Shown: positions 8,540 to 19,300, counted from the whole stretch's first letter. The stretch is DNA of 61,710 nt, filler included, from 6 parts of 6 records of this genome joined end to end with filler, not necessarily neighbours in it, one strand, 5' to 3'. Notes: generated from the sequence alone by a model not told the origin. A program made the numbers and translations.

Positions 8540-10255
8540 ATGTTAACGCGACATCATTTGGAAATGCCTACAACGGTCGCGACCCTCGACGATCTCGCAC
8601 CGCTGGCAGACTATTCACTCATGGACACGCTCAACTGCGACCCTGAGGGGAAAGCAAACGGAGCTGATCACGCGCCAAGACAAGTCTTCTCGGGCCACTA
8701 TGTTCCGGTTAGCCCCACGCCCATCGAAAACCCCGAATACGTCGCCCATGGGAAAAACCTGTTTCACGAACTGGGTTTCGCCGACAGCATGGCGCAGTCC
8801 AGCGACTTCATCCGTATGTTCTCCGGCGACTTGTCGCATGTTCCGGAGCCTCTGCGTAACGTGGGGTGGGCGTGTGGCTACGCACTTTCCATCTACGGCA
8901 CCGAATTCTACCAACAATGCCCGTTCCAGACTGGCAATGGCTACGGCGACGGCCGCGCGATTTCCGTGCTCGAGGCTGTCATCAACAAGCAGCGCTGGGA
9001 AATGCAGTTAAAAGGGGCAGGGCGCACGCCCTACTGCCGCGGCGCAGACGGCCGGGCAGTTCTGCGTTCCAGTGTGCGGGAGTTCCTGGCCCAAGAGCAT
9101 ATGCACGCGCTGGGCGTGCCCACGTCACGGTCTCTGAGTCTGTACGTGTCGACAACCGAGAAAGTCAGGCGCCCCTGGTATTCGGAGGGTTCACGCTCGG
9201 TAGATCCCGATATTCTTGTATCCGAGCCAGTGGCCATCTCGACACGTGTTGCACCTTCGTTCATTCGGGTAGGGCAGCTGGAGCTCTTTAGTCGTCGTGC
9301 CCGCAAGCAGGAACACCCCCAGGCGATGGAGGAGCTCGAGAGGATCGTATTGCACCTGATTGATCGCGAGTACGATGACGTTATCGATCGGTCGCGGACC
9401 ACAGCTGAAAAAGTGGTGTCGCTCGCACATGAGTTCCGCAGACGACTGACCTCGCTTGTCGCCAACTGGATCCGTGTTGGCTACTGCCAGGGTAACTTCA
9501 ACAGCGACAACTGTGCCGCGGGCGGCTTCACGCTCGACTATGGACCCTTCGGGTTCTGCGATGTGTTTGATCCGCAGTACCAGCCATGGACGGGCGGGGG
9601 AAATCACTTCGCGTTCCTCAACCAACCAGCAGCAGCCGAACGCAATTTCTACTCGTTCTGTTCGGCGGTTCGGCCTTTGTTGGCAGGGCATCCAGAGTGT
9701 CTACAGCAGCTGGAGGACATTCAAAGTGATTTCCCAAAGGTGATGCAGGCGCAAATGGAGACGATGTGGGCGGCCAAACTCGGACTCGACGCATTTGACG
9801 CGGCTTTATTCCGCGAGCTGGCAACACTGATGATGCAGACGCCTGTTGATTACACCATGTTCTTCCGGGAACTCTCATCGTTGCCAGATGACATTGAGCC
9901 ACTCAAGAAGAGCTTCTACAAAGGCCCGACCTATGCTGCAGATCCCGAAGGGCTAGACAAGCGTTGGTCTGCGTGGCTCACAAATTGGCAATCGCTCACT
10001 CAACACCGCTCCCGTGAAGAGCTTTCCAGTCAAATGAAGCGCGTCAACCCGAAGTACAGCTTGAGAGAGTGGTTTGTTGTACCCGCCTATCAGCAAGCGG
10101 CAGCGGGGAATTACGCTTTGCTGCGGGAACTGCAGGACGTGATGACGCAGCCGTACGCCGAGCAATCAGAGGCAGTAGAGAAAAAATACTACAGGCTGAA
10201 GCCGCTGGAGCTCTTTGAGGTTGGCGGTTGTTCGCATTACAGCTGCTCGTCGTGA
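8540..10255 (+). CDS. selO: SelO/YdiU protein adenylyltransferase, long subtype
   Basis: [43 protein letters not shown]-terminal SCSS. Confidence 0.92.
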   Translation: MLTRHHLEMPTTVATLDDLAPLADYSLMDTLNCDPEGKANGADHAPRQVFSGHYVPVSPTPIENPEYVAHGKNLFHELGFADSMAQSSDFIRMFSGDLSHVPEPLRNVGWACGYALSIYGTEFYQQCPFQTGNGYGDGRAISVLEAVINKQRWEMQLKGAGRTPYCRGADGRAVLRSSVREFLAQEHMHALGVPTSRSLSLYVSTTEKVRRPWYSEGSRSVDPDILVSEPVAISTRVAPSFIRVGQLELFSRRARKQEHPQAMEELERIVLHLIDREYDDVIDRSRTTAEKVVSLAHEFRRRLTSLVANWIRVGYCQGNFNSDNCAAGGFTLDYGPFGFCDVFDPQYQPWTGGGNHFAFLNQPAAAERNFYSFCSAVRPLLAGHPECLQQLEDIQSDFPKVMQAQMETMWAAKLGLDAFDAALFRELATLMMQTPVDYTMFFRELSSLPDDIEPLKKSFYKGPTYAADPEGLDKRWSAWLTNWQSLTQHRSREELSSQMKRVNPKYSLREWFVVPAYQQAAAGNYALLRELQDVMTQPYAEQSEAVEKKYYRLKPLELFEVGGCSHYSCSS

Positions 10256-10281
10256 CGGGTTTCCGCGCAGCCGGAAATTTC

Positions 10282-10905
10282 TTAACTTCGCTGCATCGTT
10301 GATGTAAACGCAGCAGCGCCAAACATTGCCATGCCTCCCAGTCTATTGAGCCGTCTTCGGGCCGGGAGGCTTTGAATCTTATGGCGAACTGCCCCAGCGA
10401 AGAGCGCAAATGATGTAATAGATATCGAGACGACGCCCAAAAACGTCACCATTAATATGAGTAACTGTGGAACAGCCGGTACTTCGGGATTAACAAACTG
10501 AGGAAAAAAAGCAACGAAAAAGACAATATCCTTTGGGTTCAGTGCTGTAACGAGAAAAGAGGACTTGAACAGGTTCGCTGATGACATCCCTGGAGCTGAT
10601 AACGACGGCAGATCACGCTGAGGCACTTCGCGCCAGACCTTTATACCAAGGTAAACCAGATACCCAACCCCAAACCATTTTAGGATTAGGAAAAGCGTCG
10701 CTGAAGTCGCTAAAACAGCACCTAGACCAATCAAGGACAACGTCATTGCCACCAAGTCACCAATTAAAACGCCAAAAACCAGTGGAATAACAGATTTTTT
10801 CCCGTGACTGATAGACTGACCAAGCACCAAGATCACAGTTGGCCCGGGGATGATGGCAAAGATGAAGACCACAGATACAAAGGTTATCCAGATCTCAAGA
10901 GTCAT
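10282..10905 (-). CDS. LysE/RhtB-family exporter
   Basis: IPGPTV, YLVYLG, NPKDIVFF...PQF. Confidence 0.9.
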   Translation of the reverse strand: MTLEIWITFVSVVFIFAIIPGPTVILVLGQSISHGKKSVIPLVFGVLIGDLVAMTLSLIGLGAVLATSATLFLILKWFGVGYLVYLGIKVWREVPQRDLPSLSAPGMSSANLFKSSFLVTALNPKDIVFFVAFFPQFVNPEVPAVPQLLILMVTFLGVVSISITSFALFAGAVRHKIQSLPARRRLNRLGGMAMFGAAAFTSTMQRS

Positions 10906-11022
10906 AGCGTGTCCTTGTTTGGGGACCCGGCCTTTGGCCGGGTTCTTTTATGATGGTTATTATTCAGGACGCTTTACCGCAGAGAATCGTGACTAGATGC
11001 TTGCCCAGCAAGCATAACTCAT

Positions 11023-11823
11023 CTAAAGCTGTTTCAACTGGTCATTTGAAAAATGTGGGGAGACACAGGTTGCGGTTGGTGATTCTATATATCGACGATA
11101 AGCCTCGATACCGTTAGCGCTCTCTGTGTTACTTAATACGGCACCATTTCGAAGCATGACACTGACCTCCTGTTCATTTGTTACGATCTTAATGCTCACA
11201 GGCATGTATAGCTGATCAATCAGAGCCATTTGCGTAACTTTTCCCATTTGAACGACTTTTCCGGTTGATGACCACAGCCTGAAGTTCTCCGGCATCCGGG
11301 TTATCCGGTCTATTTTCTGCTCTAGTTTGAATAGACTGGAGTTTACTACGGGTATTTCCCCTTTTGTCCAAGTGCTTATCGTAGGGTGGGCGTTGGGAGC
11401 TACAATGTTGTCGAAAGGGGCATGAGTCCAGGCAACCATTCTAAGGGTGGCAGGAAGGGTAAAGTAGTCGTTGAGTGACTCCATACAGCTAACCTCTGAT
11501 TTTCCATTTTGAATTTCGTGGAAGCTCCAGCTTTCTATCAGACCTGCCTCAGTTTTTGTTCTTCGATGTATCAGCATGTTGTATCCGCGATGATGCACAT
11601 CGTATAGAACGAAACCGGAAACAACAGAGCCACTCGAACGTTTCTGTATTAGTGTAAAATCAACATACTCAGTTGAACCGTTGAGTTGTGTTGCTATTTC
11701 TCCATCAGCAATGTACCAGTTCGTATCCGAGCGATTGGTTCCAGCGGTATTGATTTCAATCGATTGGCCGCAGCCTGCGATTCCGATACCTAATGCAACC
11801 ACTAGCATGGCGAGGATCTTCAT
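11023..11823 (-). CDS. Hypothetical lipoprotein
   Basis: AAGGAG SD before ATG 11823; lipobox IAG-C; visibly AT-richer than neighbours. Confidence 0.7.
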   Translation of the reverse strand: MKILAMLVVALGIGIAGCGQSIEINTAGTNRSDTNWYIADGEIATQLNGSTEYVDFTLIQKRSSGSVVSGFVLYDVHHRGYNMLIHRRTKTEAGLIESWSFHEIQNGKSEVSCMESLNDYFTLPATLRMVAWTHAPFDNIVAPNAHPTISTWTKGEIPVVNSSLFKLEQKIDRITRMPENFRLWSSTGKVVQMGKVTQMALIDQLYMPVSIKIVTNEQEVSVMLRNGAVLSNTESANGIEAYRRYIESPTATCVSPHFSNDQLKQL

Positions 11824-12115
11824 AATTTGCTCCTTGAAAGCTTGGATTTCAAATATATGAATCGGAGCAGTACGGAATCCATCTATTAATATACGACTGC
11901 TATTAACAAATGTTTGATGCAGCTGATTGGAGGGTTCGTTACGTTTGTTCTGGTGGTTCAACCGATCTTATTTTTGAGAACACAATTGTGGATGCTTACG
12001 CACCGAGATCTGAGGCGAGTGACGCGAATCAAAACTCTGTTGGAAGAGATTGGGGATAGAATTACCCTGAATTGATCGGAGGTAAACAAATCTCTACCAA
12101 GGTTGAAGCACAAGT

Positions 12116-12143
12116 ACTGCGCATAATGTATATTTAGAGGTCT
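12116..12143 (+). other. dif-like att site with intact XerC arm and degenerate XerD arm
   Basis: ACTGCGCATAA-TGTATA-TTTAGAGGTCT. Confidence 0.85.
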
Positions 12144-12164
12144 GTTTTTAAAGGGGTTTTCGGG

Positions 12165-12338
12165 TCACACCCTGTGCGAAATATCGATCCCAAAAGTCGA
12201 CAGTAGTTCCCGTTTATGGCGGTAGTAGGTTTCGCGGGACATCAGGAAGTAGGGGTTGTATCCCATCAGCCAAGTGACATAGGTTCCCCGCAATTTGACC
12301 GGCAAACGCAGGAAGGTGAGTTGCTGATCTTTGGTCAT
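12165..12338 (-). CDS. Small protein resembling the C-terminus of phage/plasmid gene II/X (Cri-type) replication proteins
   Basis: LPVKLRGTYVTWLMG...MSRETYYRHKRELLSTFGIDI matches the S-R-x-T-(F/Y)-Y-R-H-x-x-x-L...G-I-D-I motif; start codon uncertain. Confidence 0.6.
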   Translation of the reverse strand: MTKDQQLTFLRLPVKLRGTYVTWLMGYNPYFLMSRETYYRHKRELLSTFGIDISHRV

Positions 12339-12607
12339 TGAGAAATGGGCAGGCATGGCTCTGTCGTCAGTGGGAATCCCGCCACGGCGTTTAATCGCCG
12401 TCCAGAGAAGGCCTACAGTGGAATCAACCCGGCAAGGCCGGGTTCGATATTCCCCCAGGTGAAGAATTCGCCTGGGCATACCAAGCAGGCTTTAAGAATG
12501 AGAAATCCCACATCATCGGCGTTGGCGCACCTAGTGGGATCGGGATCTCAAAATGGACTACAGGAGAAGTTTACACCGAAATCTCAGGTACGGAAGTTGG
12601 CAGATGG

Positions 12608-12632
12608 ACCCCCTTGCTCTAATAGGGGGGGT
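12608..12632 (+). other. Rolling-circle double-strand origin (Rep_trans/gene II-type nick hairpin)
   Basis: ACCCCCTTGCTCT^AATAGGGGGGGT; loop matches pT181 CTCT^AATAG and M13 TTT^AATAG. Confidence 0.7.
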
Positions 12633-12840
12633 ACAAACTCCAAAATCGGGTAACCCCCTCGAATTTCAGTTCAATGAGAGAGCCCGAAAACCCCGCAAAG
12701 CCACGTATCACAAGGGTTACAGGCGAACTCATGGTGTAATGGACTGCTTTTGAGCCAGTGGCTAAACAAGGGGGGCACCCGCGTGCGGGGGGTTCCTTGT
12801 TGCCAGAACGTCCCTAAATCGACCTAAAGTCACACCCCAT

Positions 12841-12868
12841 ACTGCGCATAATGTATATTATGTTAAAT
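12841..12868 (+). other. dif: Chromosomal dif site
   Basis: ACTGCGCATAA-TGTATA-TTATGTTAAAT, 26/28 identical to E. coli dif. Confidence 0.95.
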
Positions 12869-12950
12869 GGTGTACGTAGCTCTTTAAAGGTAGAAACAGC
12901 AGCCCCGGTCAAATTCCCCTCTCTTCCCATACGCCACCTTCTTCAAACCA

Positions 12951-12981
12951 TTGACTCTGCAGCTACTGCAGGGTTTTTGAT
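12951..12981 (+). promoter_or_regulatory. MerR-type (CadR/PbrR-like) promoter/operator
   Basis: TTGACT, 19-bp spacer, TTTGAT; dyad ACTCTGCAG-CTA-CTGCAGGGT overlapping the spacer. Confidence 0.7.
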
Positions 12982-13020
12982 ACCCACTGACGGCGCAGAT
13001 TTAATGGGAGCATTTCTGAA

Positions 13021-13407
13021 ATGAAAACTGAACTGAAACAGGCTTATAACGTGGAACTCACCGCGGCGTGCGAAGCTGAAGAGTCGCGTAACTTTTCAAA
13101 GGCGTTCGCCCACCTTGAGCGAGCTCATATTCTGAGCCAGAAGTATGCTTGGGCGCACACAAGGACCCACATTCGCATGCTCAAACTCGGCTGGCGTACG
13201 CGTGACATGCGGGAAGTCGTTGGGCAGCTTACTCGAACGTTCGCCGCCTTGTTGTTTTCTCGCATATGGGTTCCCGTTGGAAATACCGGGCGTGCGAACG
13301 TCAGTCCGTTTGCGCCAATGCCTTTGCCAGAAGACCTCGCTCGTGTGCTTTATAAAGAGAGCCATCACCTCACCAGGCTGAAGGATAAAAACACCGACTA
13401 CGGCTAG
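13021..13407 (+). CDS. DUF3703-family protein
   Basis: HLERAHILSQ...H...H..ML, PVGNTGRANVSPFAPMPLP. Confidence 0.85.
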   Translation: MKTELKQAYNVELTAACEAEESRNFSKAFAHLERAHILSQKYAWAHTRTHIRMLKLGWRTRDMREVVGQLTRTFAALLFSRIWVPVGNTGRANVSPFAPMPLPEDLARVLYKESHHLTRLKDKNTDYG

Positions 13408-13410
13408 CCG

Positions 13411-13909
13411 TTAATCGACGTAACCACCCACAGCCTGCAGAATCGTCTGTGAATTGTTGGGTGTTACCCAGGCCGCGATGGCATTTCGTTTCTGCCCTTT
13501 TTCGGGGAACTCTGGAAGTGTAACGGTCCAGCTTTTCTCTCCAGGTACTGTTATTAACTTCAACACCACGAAATCGTGTGTGAGTTCCCGGCCGCGGTTT
13601 TCTCCAGCTTTCACGGATGTTGTTAACCCCATACCGAGTATGGCTATATGCAACTGGCCAGCCTTCTCGCCATCAAATTCTGCCTTAAAGCGACGTTTGT
13701 CATTAACGCTTGCCCTGAGTACCCCAACCTGTTTGGTGTCGTCTGTCCAGGTTCGTTGCCCTCGAAACCATTGGCGCCATTCTTTGTTGTTGATAACGAT
13801 TCCCGGAGTATAAGACTGGCTAACGTGCCCTTCACGCACATAATTCCGCTGGCGTTCGCTATAAGCAGCTTTTGCGAACGGGTCTTTCCAGCCGATGTAA
13901 TCCCAGTAG
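13411..13909 (-). CDS. DUF1223-family protein, 5'-truncated by contig end
   Basis: YWDYIGWKDPFA...RQRNY...YTPG, GENRGRELTHDFVV. Confidence 0.8.
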
Positions 13910-14009
13910 NNNNNNNNNNNNNNNNNNNNNNNNNNNNNNNNNNNNNNNNNNNNTTAATTAATTAANNNNNNNNNNNNNNNNNNNNNNNNNNNNNNNNNNN
14001 NNNNNNNNN
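13910..14009. other. Artificial contig spacer
   Basis: N44-TTAATTAATTAA-N44. Confidence 0.99.
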
Positions 14010-14198
14010 CAGCTTGGCGACGTTGGGGTCGCCGTTGAGCGTGTGAAACCCGCCGGCAGCATGCCAGGAGGAACCGGATGTGAGTTCCGAGCGTTCGATC
14101 AGCATGACATCTGTCCACCCGGCCTTTGCCAGATGGTACAGCACCGAACAACCAACAACGCCGCCACCAATTACCACGGCCCTAACATGCGATCTCAT
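14010..14198 (-). CDS. GcvT-family FAD oxidoreductase (dimethylglycine dehydrogenase-like), 5' fragment
   Basis: VVIGGGVVGCSVLYHLAK...LTSGSSWHAAG. Confidence 0.85.
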
Positions 14199-14398
14199 GA
14201 GTCTTTCCCTGTTCGGTTTCGGCGCCAGATTGCGAGATCGACTTGCCGGGCACAAGAGCCAAAAACGCCAACGGCCAAGAAACCCGCGACAGCGGGGTTC
14301 AAGAACAGGGACTGCTAAAATAATTGAACACCCCCCTTATTACTGCCGTGGTTTTTGGGTTAAAAGCGTTCAGGGCGCATTCACATATGCGCTCTAGA

Positions 14399-16345
14399 AT
14401 GGATGACATGAACGACGTGCGGGACATTGGCTCTACTGCACGCGGCCCTCTCTGGCTGCGTCGGGTTCGCTTTGCCTTTTTGTCGGCTTTCGTTCTGGCG
14501 GCGCAGCCAGGTCCTGCTGACGCATTCGAGATTTTCGGCCTTAAGCTGTTCGAGGGCGATGCCGCGGACACAGTGGAAGTGGTTGATCCGCTTTCCTATT
14601 CTGTCATTCTTGAAGTGTCGGGCGAAGACCCGGAGGGGACACTGCGCGCCGAGTTGGAAGCGGCTTCCCAGCTTGTATCCGGCGCGGATCGCCCGGTGTC
14701 GGGCTCCATAGGCCTTATTCAGCGTGCCAATGGTGATTTTGAACAGTTGATCGCTGCGCTGTACGAAAATGCCCGCTATGCCGGAGAAGTCCGCATCCTG
14801 CTTGATGGCAAACGACTGGCAGATTTGCCGCCTGATTCCAATTTGCGCGGCAACGGGCCGGTTCCGGTTCGCATTCTGGTCGAGCCAGGCAAGCAGTTTC
14901 GCTTCGGTGATGTCTCCATTCGCGATGTCGATGGTCGTGCTTATGCGGCAGACCAGCAGGGGCTTGCCGTTGGCCAGCTGGCCAAATCGACTGTCATTCT
15001 TGATGCTGAAAAATCGCTGGTTCTGGAACTCGAAAAGGCCGGGCATCCGTTCGCGGAGGTTTCCGGACGGGATATCGTTGCAGATCACGCTCGCGGGGTG
15101 CTCGATGTGTCGCTGACGCTTGAGGCCGGCCCGATCGCAGAGTTTGGCCAGACAGCGGTTGATGGTTCTGAAAGCGTCAACTCGGACTTCATCGCCAGGA
15201 TGGCGGGCGTAAAGCAGGGTGAGCAGTATGATCCTGCAACGCTGGCAGCGGCGGAAAAGCGCTTGCGGGCGCTTGAGGTGTTTTCGAGTGTTACCATGCG
15301 GGGCAGCGAAAGCCTGGCAGCGGACGGCTCGGTTCCGGTTCAGGTCACGGTCGCGGAGCGCAAACATCGCTACCTTGGGGCCGGCGCCACCTATTCTTCC
15401 ACCGATGGGGGCGGGCTGGAGGCCTATTGGGGGCACCGCAATCTGTTCGGCCGGGCTGAGAAACTCCGTATAGAAGGTTCGGTCAGCAGCCTGGGAACGA
15501 CTGCCGAGGCAAAAGACATGACCTGGCGCGGTGCGGTTCTGTTTGAAAAACCCGGCGTTCTCGGTCCTGCCTCGAAGTTTACCTCCAAGCTCGAAGTCGA
15601 GCAGGAAAATCCCGATGCCTATCGGCGCTTTTCGGTCGAGGCGGCCGCAGGCGTTTCCTATGAACTGACGCCCGAGCAAACCATCTCGGCCGGCGTCAAT
15701 GTCGAGTATGCAAAGCTGACCGACAGCTTCAATGTCGATCTTGAAACGATCACGGTGGCGGTTCCGCTTGAATATGTGCGCGATACCCGTGACAGCAAGC
15801 TCAATCCGACCACGGGCACGCGTCTGGCGCTTCTGGTCGAACCGGCTTACGAGATTAATGGTGGCGCCACCTTCGTCAAATTGCGCGCTGAAGCATCTGC
15901 CTACCGGGCACTTGATGCGGAGAAGCGATTTGTACTTGCCGGACGCGTTGCGGCGGGCTCCATATACGGAGCCAATCTGACTTCGGTGCCGGCCAACCGC
16001 CGTTTCTATGCGGGTGGCGGTGGTTCGGTGCGTGGTTATGGCTATCAGGATATTGGCCCGGTCAGCGCTTTAGGCTTACCAACAGGTGGTCTTTCCATGC
16101 TGGAGACGTCGGCAGAGATGCGGATCGGCATCACCGAGACGATTGGTATTGTTCCTTTCATCGATGCAGGTCTGGTGAGCCCGAACACGAGTTTTTCCGG
16201 CAGCGGCTTCAAGGTCGGTGCCGGCGTTGGTCTGCGATATGCCACGCCGTTCGGACCGCTTCGCATAGATGTGGCGGTGCCGCTGAACAAGGGGCCGCTT
16301 GATCCCGACTACGGAATTTATGCCGGAATAGGGCAGGCATTCTGA
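14399..16345 (+). CDS. tamA: Translocation and assembly module TamA
   Basis: POTRA-like region, RFYAGGGGSVRGY, C-terminal IGQAF; start approximate. Confidence 0.92.
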   Translation: MDDMNDVRDIGSTARGPLWLRRVRFAFLSAFVLAAQPGPADAFEIFGLKLFEGDAADTVEVVDPLSYSVILEVSGEDPEGTLRAELEAASQLVSGADRPVSGSIGLIQRANGDFEQLIAALYENARYAGEVRILLDGKRLADLPPDSNLRGNGPVPVRILVEPGKQFRFGDVSIRDVDGRAYAADQQGLAVGQLAKSTVILDAEKSLVLELEKAGHPFAEVSGRDIVADHARGVLDVSLTLEAGPIAEFGQTAVDGSESVNSDFIARMAGVKQGEQYDPATLAAAEKRLRALEVFSSVTMRGSESLAADGSVPVQVTVAERKHRYLGAGATYSSTDGGGLEAYWGHRNLFGRAEKLRIEGSVSSLGTTAEAKDMTWRGAVLFEKPGVLGPASKFTSKLEVEQENPDAYRRFSVEAAAGVSYELTPEQTISAGVNVEYAKLTDSFNVDLETITVAVPLEYVRDTRDSKLNPTTGTRLALLVEPAYEINGGATFVKLRAEASAYRALDAEKRFVLAGRVAAGSIYGANLTSVPANRRFYAGGGGSVRGYGYQDIGPVSALGLPTGGLSMLETSAEMRIGITETIGIVPFIDAGLVSPNTSFSGSGFKVGAGVGLRYATPFGPLRIDVAVPLNKGPLDPDYGIYAGIGQAF

Positions 16346-16346
16346 C

Positions 16347-19300
16347 ATGACTGACACACAAAGTTCCAAGTCCCGTCCGGGTGCGACCTGGCGTGTGGCG
16401 CGTTGGCTTGCCATCGCGTTGCTGGTTGTGTTGGCTGGTGTGGTGCTGGTTTTTACCACGACGCCCGGCGGCTGGCTTATCGCGCTGACATTGAACCGGC
16501 TCGGGTCCAGCCCGGCGCAGAGCGTCGAGATCGACAGAATCGACGGTTTGCTGTCGGGATCCACGCGGATCGGGCATGTGTTGCTCAGCGATGCCAAGGG
16601 CGAACCCTGGCTGTTGTTGAGGGGGATCCAGATTGACTGGTCGCCGCTGGCGCTGTTGAGCTCGGGGCTGGCAATTGATGATCTCACGATTGACGCGGTG
16701 GAACTGGCGCGACTGCCGGAAAGTTCCGAGAGCCAGTCGGAAGGCGGTCCGTTCGTGCTGCCGCTGGCGTTTGACATCAAGCGCTTTACTGTCCCCGATA
16801 TTTTGCTGGGCGAGCCGGTTGCCGGCCGTCTTGCGCGGTTTGAAGCCAAGGGCAGCGCGCGTGTCGATGCGTCGATGTCCACGGCGCTGGCTGACCTGGT
16901 GGTCAAGCGGATTGACGGCGTTGGCGGTCAATTGACTGTCGACGCTGATTATCTGGAAGCCGAAGATCGTTTCAATATTTCGGCAAAGCTGTCCGAGCCT
17001 GCCGGAGGTGTGTTGGCGCACTTGCTCAATCTTGCGACCAAGGATGCGATAAGCTTGTCTGCAACCTCGCAGGGGTCCCTTGCGGACTGGCGATTGAATG
17101 CCGCAGGAACGGTCGACGGCGAGATTGTGGCGGAAGCCAATTTGCAGATGGTTGCGGGAGAAGCGGGCGATGCGGTTTCACTGCAGGCCAATGGCTCTTT
17201 CGACCGGTTCCTGCCCCCATCCGTGGGACAGCTTCTGTCGGGACGAAGCGACCTTATTCTGGAAGGCCTGATTGAACCGGAGCGAGCCGGAGCGGTGATC
17301 GATATCTTCACCTTTTCGTCTTCGCGACTGACGGCTCAGGGCCGTGGCCGTGTGGCGCGCGAGGGCAATGTTGATCTGACTGCTTCGATAGCGCCACAGC
17401 CAGCGGCAGGACCGCTTGAATTTGGCGCGGATGCCTCCCGCATCGTAACTTCTGTGCCCAATGCCGATATTCGGGTGACCGGCAATGCCGAGGAAGCAGC
17501 GGTTCATCTGGAAATCACCACGGATCAGGTTTCAGGATCCGACTTCAGCGCGGATGCGATCTCGGCGGTTGTGGATTTCGACCGGTTTGCGCTGGCGACG
17601 CGCAGCGGGACCGGCACTGTCAACATCAAGATCGACGCAGTCGGCTCGAGCAATGATATTGTTGCACGTGCGGTTGCTGGCGGCGTGTCTTTATCAGGTG
17701 CCATTGCGGTTGATGAGGACCAGACCGTGACCAGTGACAATCTCCAACTGGAAACCGGCGTCGCATCTCTCATGATCGATGCGCTTTCAGTGAACGCTGC
17801 AGGCGAGTTGGATGCAAGCCTGAGCGGCAAGATGCGCAACCTGGTGCTGTCGGATCAGGCAGCCAAGATGCTGGGGCCGGAAACACGTTTTGCTGCTGAA
17901 ATATCGCGAGACGAAGCCGGTGCGTTGACGATTCAGGACTTTGACGTCGCATCCGAATTTGCCAAGGCATCGGGCGGTGTGGCGTTGAGTGCGGAAGGCG
18001 AAATTGCAGGTGATGTTGCTGCCGAGGTGTTGAAGCTTGCAGAGACGGACGCGGGTGTTTCAGGTGGATTGAAACTGTCTGCAAGTGTCTCCGGGAAAGC
18101 GTCCGCACCTGCTTTCGAGGCGAGACTGACCGGAAATCAACTCAAGCTGCAGGATCGTGACCTCTCGGATCTGGTGCTTGACGCCAAGGGTGTGGCCGAT
18201 CCCGCATCACCGCAAGCGGATGTAACGCTCACCGGTTCACTGGAAGGACGTCCTGTCAATGGCAGCGTCGTGGTTTCGCAGGTGGATGGCGCGGTACGGA
18301 TCAACCCATTGCGGCTTCAGGTCGCCGACAATCTGATTTCGGGAACCCTTCTGCTGGATGAGGCCTACAGGCCCAAGGGACAAATCGATCTGGATCTCAA
18401 GGACATTGGCTCCCTGTCGGCTCTGGCGTTGCAGAGTATCAACGGCAGCGGTGGCGGCACGATCAGGTTTGACGTGCAAAATGGGGTGTCGGTTGCCGAC
18501 ATTCAGCTTGGTCTTCCAGAGCTTTCAGGCGACGGATTTGACGTGCGGGATGCGCGGTTGACCGGCAGCATCGATGATCTTTTGGGGACACCGAAGCCAA
18601 CAGGCACGCTGGATGTGACCAAGGTGAGTGCGAGCGGTACGGACATTTCCGATCTGGCGGCGAGCTTTTCGCAGGTCGATGGCTGGACGGTGATCGAAGG
18701 CAAGGCACAGGCTGCGGGAATGCCTGTTGCGCTCAAGGCCCGTGTGCGCCCGGGTGATGGCGCCACCGAGCTTGAAATCGAGACCGCACGAACGACCTGG
18801 AAAGGTCTTGGTGTCAGCCTGAGCGAACCGGCCCGAGTGGTGGTTCGTGACGGAACGGCGCAAATCGAGCAACTGGTGCTTTCTCCAGGTGGCGGGCAGG
18901 TGTCGATTACCGGGACGGCAGGGCAGAAGCTGGACATCGACATCGCGATTTCCGGCCTGCCATTGACGTCGGTCAACGCCGTGGCGCCCGGCGCAGGCCT
19001 GTCGGGTTCACTCTCGGGGTCAGTCAGCATTGGCGGCTCATCGTCGGCGCCGGTGGTTCAGTATGATCTTAACGCCAGCGATTTCCGGGCCGCTGCGGCG
19101 TCCTCGGTTGCCGATGTGCCCTTGTCGATTGGGGCAACCGGCGGATTCGAAGCGGGCCGGCTCCGGTTTGATGCGCGAGGCGATGGCAGTGGGCTGGCGT
19201 TTACCGCATCCGGAGGGCTGGACACCACGGGGGCCAAGGCGATATCGGCCAGGATCGAAGGCAGTATTCCGTTTTCGCTTCTCTCCGGCGCAATTGCCAA

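Larger units (their letters stand above)
12116..12868. mobile_element. 725-bp Xer-integrated mini-element (IMEX) at dif
   Basis: 20-bp direct repeat TACTGCGCATAATGTATATT at 12115 and 12840; contains a rolling-circle nick hairpin and a gene II/X-like ORF. Confidence 0.8.

Noticed and set aside
10244-10300. Selenocysteine readthrough at the selO TGA
   Set aside because: The Sec-equivalent position is already Cys (CSS) and the TGA falls at the normal terminus
12345-12753. Plus-strand ORFs inside the mini-element as a Rep gene
   Set aside because: PPCSNRGG is just the nick hairpin translated; the ORFs are too short and show no catalytic motifs
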